Positions 7,509 through 9,856 of a DNA stretch of 9,856 bases are shown piece after piece. The notes beneath the pieces are model-generated. The model was not told where the DNA came from. It saw nothing but the letters and a program-made list of their open reading frames with translations, and searched no databases. This DNA is from a virus (lineage: Duplodnaviria; Heunggongvirae; Uroviricota; Caudoviricetes): the IMG/VR virus record IMGVR_UViG_2695420526_000009; one strand, written 5' to 3'. A program made the translations under genes and the position numbers. Each line of letters starts with the position of its first letter. Position 1 is the stretch's first letter.

Positions 7509-7768
7509 GAATCAACCCCCGCCGATGGTTGTGTGTTAGCCTGAAACTCAGCAGGCAAGCCGTCAGTTGGGTTGGGGTAGGTTTTACTGTCAATCTCATG
7601 TGGGGTCACCACCCATCCCGTTGCTTCACACCAACGTAATATTTTTTCTCCTGTAAGTTTTGCACGCCCCGTTATAACGTGGCTGACCATCCCTTGGGAT
7701 GCGCCAACAATCTCAGCAAATGAACTCTGGGTTATATGAAAATGATGCAAATATTCTCCAAGATTCAT
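7505..7768 (-). CDS. Cro-like HTH protein (XRE family; YdaS-like), 87 aa
   Basis: HTH-like segment QSSFAEIVGASQGMVSHVITGRAKLTGEKILRW; divergently placed against the repressor gene. ATG 7768 chosen (MNLGEY...); the track's longer start at 7795 is a TTG. Confidence 0.7.
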   Translation of the reverse strand: MNLGEYLHHFHITQSSFAEIVGASQGMVSHVITGRAKLTGEKILRWCEATGWVVTPHEIDSKTYPNPTDGLPAEFQANTQPSAGVDS

Positions 7769-7803
7769 AATCCGCCCTATGTGATGTGTTACCAATGCAT
7801 AAT

Positions 7804-7845
7804 TAATAGCACTGTTATTTTTAAAAGTAAATAGTGATACTATTT
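7804..7845. promoter_or_regulatory. Divergent switch region with two operator-like palindromes
   Basis: Perfect palindrome AAATAGT-GAT-ACTATTT at 7829-7845 and imperfect TAATAGC-ACT-GTTATTT at 7804-7820, in the 111-bp AT-rich spacer between the divergent repressor and Cro-like starts. Confidence 0.5.
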
Positions 7846-7879
7846 CAAAGTGATTAGCAATCTTATTAGAATTGGATGT

Positions 7880-8380
7880 ATGAAAAGAAAATCATTGTCA
7901 GACACCGACCTCAACGCCGCCAGAAGACTGAAAGAAATCTGGATGGCAAAGAAATCTCAGTTGGGATTGACTCAGGAACGTGCGGCGGAAATTATGGGGT
8001 TTTCAACACAAGGGGCGGTAAGTCACTACCTAAATGGTCAAACCCCACTAAACCTTGAGGCTGTTCTAAAGTTTGCTGGCTTACTGAAAGTTCCCCCTGA
8101 GTCAATCAGGCCAGACATGGTAGATTTGCTGCAAATTGCAAGGATGTATTGTCGAGAACCACAGCAAGATAACATAGTCGCATTACCAGCAGACACAGAA
8201 CAAACAGAGGATGAACTACCGTTTGCCGTAGAGCCGATGGAACGAGATTTAATCCATACGTTCAGAGCTTTTCCGAAAGAAGATCAAGAACACATGCTTC
8301 AGGAGATGAAAGATAAAAAAGAATCAATGGATCGTACGGTTGCGCGGTGGTTAGCTGCACAAAAAGGCCGTCGCGCCTAA
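7880..8380 (+). CDS. Prophage repressor, XRE-family HTH (RacR-like), 166 aa
   Basis: HTH LGLTQERAAEIMGFSTQGAVSHYLNGQTPL near the N-terminus; no S24 peptidase (LexA-like) domain visible, consistent with RacR-type rather than cI-type repressors. ATG 7880 (MKRKSLSD...) preferred over the track's GTG at 7850. Confidence 0.8.
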   Translation: MKRKSLSDTDLNAARRLKEIWMAKKSQLGLTQERAAEIMGFSTQGAVSHYLNGQTPLNLEAVLKFAGLLKVPPESIRPDMVDLLQIARMYCREPQQDNIVALPADTEQTEDELPFAVEPMERDLIHTFRAFPKEDQEHMLQEMKDKKESMDRTVARWLAAQKGRRA

Positions 8381-8399
8381 ATCAGAGGAGATATGTAAA

Positions 8400-8594
8400 A
8401 TGAGTACAGTCCTTTCCCCAATGGTTTCAGAATTTGAGACAGTTGAGCAAGAAAATAGTTACAACGAATGGCTGCGGGCCAAAGTAGCAGCAAGCCTCGC
8501 GGATCCCCGCCCGGCGATTCCGCATGATGAGGTAATGGCGGAAATGGAACAAATTATTGCCCAAATTGCTGCTGCAACTCACAGAGGTGAATAA
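8400..8594 (+). CDS. Putative type II antitoxin (partner of the ParE/RelE-family toxin), 64 aa
   Basis: Small acidic ORF with SD GAGGAG 9 nt upstream; its TAA stop overlaps the toxin ATG (TAATG at 8592-8596). Antitoxin family (ParD/Phd-like) not determinable by eye. Confidence 0.6.
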   Translation: MSTVLSPMVSEFETVEQENSYNEWLRAKVAASLADPRPAIPHDEVMAEMEQIIAQIAAATHRGE

Positions 8595-8884
8595 TGTTAC
8601 CCGTTTTATGGCTACCATCTGCTCGTGATGATTTGCGCCAGATCGTAGCCTACATAGCTAAAGAAAATCCCGCGGCAGCACGCAGAATGAAAATTCGAAT
8701 TGAAACATCCGTTTTGCCGCTCACAGAGCATCCTTACCTGTATCCTCCAAGCGAGCGAGTTCTTGGTCTTCGTGAAATTGTAACTCATCCTAACTACATC
8801 ATCCTTTACCGAGTAACAGCATCAAGCATAGAAGTAGTAAATATTGTGCATTCTCGAAGACAGTATCCAGGCAAAAACAGTTAA
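8594..8884 (+). CDS. ParE/RelE-superfamily toxin, 96 aa
   Basis: Size, basic C-terminus and family-typical pattern (N-terminal W...ARDDLRQIVAYIA; C-terminal LREIV...YIILYRV...IEVVNIVHSRR) plus the overlapping upstream small gene. Confidence 0.75.
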   Translation: MLPVLWLPSARDDLRQIVAYIAKENPAAARRMKIRIETSVLPLTEHPYLYPPSERVLGLREIVTHPNYIILYRVTASSIEVVNIVHSRRQYPGKNS

Positions 8885-8898
8885 TTATTCCCGCCGAC

Positions 8899-8925
8899 AG
8901 AACCACCTTAGGGTGGTTTTTTCTT
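8899..8925 (+). terminator. Rho-independent terminator after the toxin gene
   Basis: Stem AACCACC (8901-8907) / GGTGGTT (8912-8918) with loop TTAG, followed by a T-run (TTTTTTCTT). Confidence 0.6.
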
Positions 8926-8939
8926 GCCCCAACAAAAAA

Positions 8940-8986
8940 CAATAGCGATGCTATTTACATCAAAAAAAAATAATGATGCTATTGTT
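8940..8986. promoter_or_regulatory. Second operator-like cluster (OL-like) with candidate rightward promoter
   Basis: Palindrome AATAGC-GAT-GCTATT at 8941-8955 and half-site copy AATAAT-GAT-GCTATT at 8969-8983, same consensus as the 7804-7845 sites. A TTTACA -35-like hexamer lies at 8954-8959; no convincing -10 was found. Confidence 0.45.
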
Positions 8987-9164
8987 TCAGGCGTCAACCC
9001 ACCCCGCCCCACAGAATGCAGGGCAATACTTCGAGTTACCAGACAGTGGTCAGGGGTTAAGTAGCCAGCCCGAGGCGTAAGAACATGACGGCAGGGTTCA
9101 ATCTTTAACTATGCAGCAGGTTTTTTGTTCCGCCACCCCGGCGTTAAGGGGAAATGAGGTCAGC

Positions 9165-9317
9165 ATGGATACTATCGATCTTGGCAACAACGAATCTCTG
9201 GTGTGCGGCGTGTTCCCTAACCAGGATGGAACGTTTACCGCCATGACGTATACCAAAAGCAAAACGTTTAAAACCGAATCTGGCGCGCGTTGCTGGTTAG
9301 CCAGAAACACTGACTGA
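9165..9317 (+). CDS. Small phage protein, 50 aa (YdaF-like by position)
   Basis: ATG 9165 with GAGG SD 5 nt upstream (MDTIDLGNNESLVCGVFPNQDGTFTAMTYTKSKTFKTESGARCWLARNTD). The track's longer start at 9111 lacks an SD. Confidence 0.55.
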   Translation: MDTIDLGNNESLVCGVFPNQDGTFTAMTYTKSKTFKTESGARCWLARNTD

Positions 9318-9328
9318 TGAGGCTGACG

Positions 9329-9694
9329 ATGGAATTTAAAGATTTACCGTCTGATGTACAGAAAACAGCAGCTCATACATTGCATTCTGTGCTGCGAGAA
9401 ATCGGGAAAGATATTGCAAGCGAGCCAGCAAAAGATCTGGCCCGGAAAATCAAGACCGCTTTCGTTGAGCTTTATAATGTTGGCACTGACTCTGAAACTG
9501 TCGAGACCAAGACCGTAAGTTCACCAATATTCTCACTTGAGCCAAGCGTATTATCAGGTGAAATATGCACCGAGATTTCCAGCGAACTGCTTCCGGTAAT
9601 ACGAGAAGCAATTCGCCGTCGCGGTTTGGATGGAAGTTATGATCATGACGTTCTGCAAGTTCTCAGGACAATGGTGACTTCACTGGGGATTTGA
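9329..9694 (+). CDS. Hypothetical acidic phage protein, 121 aa
   Basis: ATG 9329 with GAGG SD 6 nt upstream (MEFKDLPSDVQ...); the alternative ATG at 9317 overlaps the previous stop (TGATG). No recognisable motif. Confidence 0.6.
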   Translation: MEFKDLPSDVQKTAAHTLHSVLREIGKDIASEPAKDLARKIKTAFVELYNVGTDSETVETKTVSSPIFSLEPSVLSGEICTEISSELLPVIREAIRRRGLDGSYDHDVLQVLRTMVTSLGI

Positions 9695-9856
9695 TCCCTG
9701 CGTCCTCTAAGCTTTTGATATAGCGGTCCTCCAAGAAGCGGTAAATTTTGTCGAAATCATCTTTTCCCTCTGGTTTATTCAGAGGATTACAGGACCCGTA
9801 AGTAGCGGCATACATTTCAACCGTTTGGTAATGACTCCAACTTATTGATAGTGTTT

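Noticed and set aside
7850-7879. Longer N-terminus for the repressor (track start at 7850)
   Set aside because: Position 7850 is GTG with no SD; the ATG at 7880 (MKRKSLSD) is more plausible, though the SD there is weak (GGA).
8427-8618. 63-aa minus-strand ORF
   Set aside because: Antisense to the antitoxin/toxin junction, no RBS; the + strand pair has the classic overlapping organisation.

Overview
This window reads as the immunity/replication core of a Rac-like lambdoid prophage from an enterobacterial (E. coli/Shigella-type) genome, with three accessory insertions. All family assignments are from motifs, gene order and recall; no database search was run. On the right, an XRE-family repressor (7880-8380, +) faces a leftward early operon: Cro-like HTH (YdaS-like), YdaT-like, an O-like replication initiator carrying origin iterons inside its own coding sequence, a DnaC-like helicase loader and two uncharacterised genes. 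Directly downstream of the repressor sits a ParE/RelE-family toxin with an upstream antitoxin, in the position lambda gives to rexAB. A palindromic operator-like motif (AATAGY-GAT-RCTATT) occurs both in the divergent switch region and again downstream of the toxin pair. On the left is a lower-GC Type II restriction-modification operon: a gamma-class N6-adenine methyltransferase (YYTP, DPACGGG and NPPY motifs) translationally coupled to a putative BsuBI/PstI-like endonuclease. Between the two halves lie an IS3-family left end (IS600-like), a 10-N scaffold gap, and two diverged (~88% identical) copies of the same gene on either side of the gap, so physical contiguity across 4239-4248 is not established.
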